From: Escherichia phage vB_EcoM-RPN242
Strand: one strand, 5' to 3'
DNA length: 64,000 nt
Sequence record: OL656110.1
Below the pieces are notes generated by a model. The model was given only the letters and a program-made list of their open reading frames with translations, did not search any database and had not been told where the DNA came from. Of the stretch, positions 61,647 through 64,000 are shown piece by piece. Position 1 is the stretch's first letter, and every line of letters starts with the position of its first letter. The translations under genes were made by a program, and so were the position numbers.

Positions 61647-61653
61647 TATTTAG
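61647..61653 (-). promoter_or_regulatory. late-promoter-like motif CTAAATACCCC upstream of tailspike 3
   Basis: Part of a conserved cassette repeated at 58985. Confidence 0.45.
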
Positions 61654-61675
61654 TCTGAACTAATAAATTTATGAA

Positions 61676-61710
61676 CAAAGTTATAATAAGAACCCCGCCG
61701 AAGCGGGGTT
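61676..61710 (-). terminator. intrinsic terminator after tailspike 4
   Basis: AACCCCGC-cgaa-GCGGGGTT hairpin with T-rich flanks. Confidence 0.6.
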
Positions 61711-61715
61711 TATTG

Positions 61716-64000
61716 TTATGATGCATTTGCTGATTTGTTTAAATACCATCCGTAGTTCGTTTTTATTAACTCTACAATCTCCCCGTTTGTCTTGTATTTT
61801 GTCTTCCCGGTTTCTGTATTATACATAATTCTGTCGGTGACAGAGACGCCGGACGCTTGTTTTGAAAGCGTCACAACAGTGTTGCCGGATAACGGAAGTA
61901 TTGATATCCTTTGTCCGATATATCCACCAGTGATTGACGTTATCACTGATCCATTACTTCCAGCGTCGAGATAAAATACGTCGCAAGAGTTGGCATCTAA
62001 TGTAGTTGTTTCAGTTGTTAGCGTTTTCGTTGGCGACGAAATACCAAGCACAAATGATGAACCGTTCCATGTATATTCTTTGCCGTCAGCAAGACCAATC
62101 ACTCGCTCGTTGATTCTTAAATCGGGTGCAAAAGTCTTTCTAATGTCAACAATTTTAATAGTGCCACAAAACGGGACAGGGATAATCACGTTACCTGCAA
62201 GCCTGTTAATAGTGTAAATTGAATTGCTGATCGTCCACTGTCTACCGTTCCACATACTCATAAATGAACCAGAAGATAGAAGCACGGTTGAACTGTAACC
62301 TGCTTCCAAAGCATTTGTGTCTGTTATCATGCCGCGATCAATAGGATTGCTAAAATCGTCAGAGCAGTCGAATACTCTAATGTTTGCACGTCCTTCATAA
62401 TTACCTGATTGACCAACAGGTGCGATAACAAAGAGATAATCCTTATCAAAACCATAATCAGGGCCAACGCGTAAGAACGACGCCATACAGTTAGTGGTAG
62501 GGAACTGTCCTTTTACAACCCACTTTCCACTAGAATCTTGCATCAATAGCTTTTGAATGGCTATTTTGTACGGCTTAGTGGTCGTATCTGCTGCGCGCTC
62601 AATGGCAAACGGTGTTCCGTCATAAAAATTTCCGAAACCAATTTCACCGCCAGATGTACCGAGAGTATCGGTATCCGTGTCTTTCCTGACATCTTCACCG
62701 TAGGTGTAGTTACCGCTATCATCAACTGTGATATACCCCTCAACTATTCCGGTAGATAGTTGAGTTAAATAATAATAAGGAATTGCAGGCTTGCCATTTA
62801 TGTACCCGACTTGTGTAGGTGCAATTGATGAGAAGTAAGCACCAGATGGTTTAACCAATGGCGTAATATCAACAGGGGTGCTCCATGTATTGCCACCATC
62901 CTTTGATATGACATATTCAATAGTTGATGTTGTGTCAGGGTTAGTTCCTTGTTGTGCATGCCCCCACCCAGTAATCCCCTTCATTGATGTAAAGAAACAA
63001 TACAAATATCCATCAAGATTATTTAGGAATAGTACCGTTTCAGAAGTGGCATATCCTGGCCCTTTGTTAACAACAGTTCCAGTGGTCCAGTTCACACCGT
63101 TATCATCAGATATTAGGTAATCAATGTGCATAGGTGTGCCGTCCTGTCCTGGGTCAATATTAGCACCATCCTTCACTGTGTAGATACATACCACCCGCCC
63201 ACTTGGAAGTGACACCGCTTTTGGTGCAAAGTTAAATACATTCTCCACATAAGTTTGCAACTGTAAGCGCAAATTATTGTTAAAGCTTCTTGAGTATTTA
63301 TTCCCAAAAGCGAAATTAAATCTATTTTTTGCAATTGATTGCCTTTTGTAAAGCTCAAAATCTTTATCCTTGACTGCTCCGTTAACTAAATCAACTCCGT
63401 CATCATCAGCCAGGTCACTTCTTAAACTTACATCACCAACACTTAACCATTTTCCTGCACCAGTACCACCAGCACTCCCTGGGGTTGAGCCAGCAGAAAC
63501 CTCTTTAGGCAATTCCCCATCCCAGCGATACTTCCCATCTGTAAAGACAACTAATTCATTCTTGGTATTAACTGTTACACCGGTATCAAATGACCCGGAC
63601 AATGTGACGTACTCTTCACGAGATACAGCCAATTCCCCGAGATCTACAGAACCCGCTGAATGCACAAGTACAGCGGAAGGACTAAGACTGACAGCAGTAG
63701 TACCAGGGGCAATATCAGCAGGCAAGGGATAAGCCCTTTGCGTCTCCTTGTCATAAATAACTTTATACCCACTTAACGCAGCACCAACACTAAAATAAAC
63801 GACCTCTGTATCTTTAACATTGGTTACACGAGCAACTTCCCGCAAAGTATAATCAATTTGATTGTAGATGTTTGGTGTTCCATTGATAATTACAACAACT
63901 TCATCCTCTGGTTCCAGTTCTTGCGCAAGAGTGATTTTACTGGTTGATGGATCGAATGTGAATCCCAGATTTTTATACTGGCGACTTCCGTTTATATCAA
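61716..64000 (-). CDS. tailspike protein 4 with BNR/Asp-box repeats, N-terminus beyond window edge
   Basis: Frame remains open upstream of the track start (a TTG) to position 64000; the upstream translation matches the tailspike 2 linker. Two Asp-boxes, SDDNGVNWT and SKDGGNTWS. Confidence 0.75.
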   Translation of the reverse strand, partial: DINGSRQYKNLGFTFDPSTSKITLAQELEPEDEVVVIINGTPNIYNQIDYTLREVARVTNVKDTEVVYFSVGAALSGYKVIYDKETQRAYPLPADIAPGTTAVSLSPSAVLVHSAGSVDLGELAVSREEYVTLSGSFDTGVTVNTKNELVVFTDGKYRWDGELPKEVSAGSTPGSAGGTGAGKWLSVGDVSLRSDLADDDGVDLVNGAVKDKDFELYKRQSIAKNRFNFAFGNKYSRSFNNNLRLQLQTYVENVFNFAPKAVSLPSGRVVCIYTVKDGANIDPGQDGTPMHIDYLISDDNGVNWTTGTVVNKGPGYATSETVLFLNNLDGYLYCFFTSMKGITGWGHAQQGTNPDTTSTIEYVISKDGGNTWSTPVDITPLVKPSGAYFSSIAPTQVGYINGKPAIPYYYLTQLSTGIVEGYITVDDSGNYTYGEDVRKDTDTDTLGTSGGEIGFGNFYDGTPFAIERAADTTTKPYKIAIQKLLMQDSSGKWVVKGQFPTTNCMASFLRVGPDYGFDKDYLFVIAPVGQSGNYEGRANIRVFDCSDDFSNPIDRGMITDTNALEAGYSSTVLLSSGSFMSMWNGRQWTISNSIYTINRLAGNVIIPVPFCGTIKIVDIRKTFAPDLRINERVIGLADGKEYTWNGSSFVLGISSPTKTLTTETTTLDANSCDVFYLDAGSNGSVITSITGGYIGQRISILPLSGNTVVTLSKQASGVSVTDRIMYNTETGKTKYKTNGEIVELIKTNYGWYLNKSANAS
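63519..63665 (-). repeat. near-identical coding repeat in tailspike 4 N-terminal module
   Basis: Pairs with 61239-61385. Confidence 0.8.

Larger units (their letters stand above)
61617..61715 (-). repeat. conserved intergenic cassette upstream of tailspike 3 (copy 2)
   Basis: Aligns with 58964-59066. Confidence 0.65.

Overview
The window reads as a contiguous stretch of a T4-superfamily myovirus genome, with almost all genes on the minus strand. I found no rRNA, tRNA or CRISPR array. Recognisable T4-type core genes are the SbcC/SbcD-like recombination nuclease pair (gp46/gp47), late sigma factor gp55, RegA, clamp loader gp44/gp62, sliding clamp gp45, UvsW and a UvsY-like protein. A complete morphogenesis block follows in T4 order: major capsid, scaffold, prohead protease, core proteins, portal, tail tube, sheath, terminase, and neck proteins 15/14/13. 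Downstream lie a 1612-aa tail protein and four tandem tailspike genes with shared N-terminal modules and beta-helix or sialidase-like C-termini. By inference, this layout suggests an Ackermannviridae (ViI/CBA120-like) phage rather than T4 itself. The most notable items are a 159-aa mini-intein splitting the terminase P-loop, an acyl-carrier-protein-like gene whose phosphopantetheine Ser is replaced by Glu, a block of unknown genes where T4 has its DNA polymerase, three free-standing homing-endonuclease-like genes, and a recurring CTAAATA motif upstream of late genes. All calls come from reading the sequence and ORF translations by eye; no database search was run.
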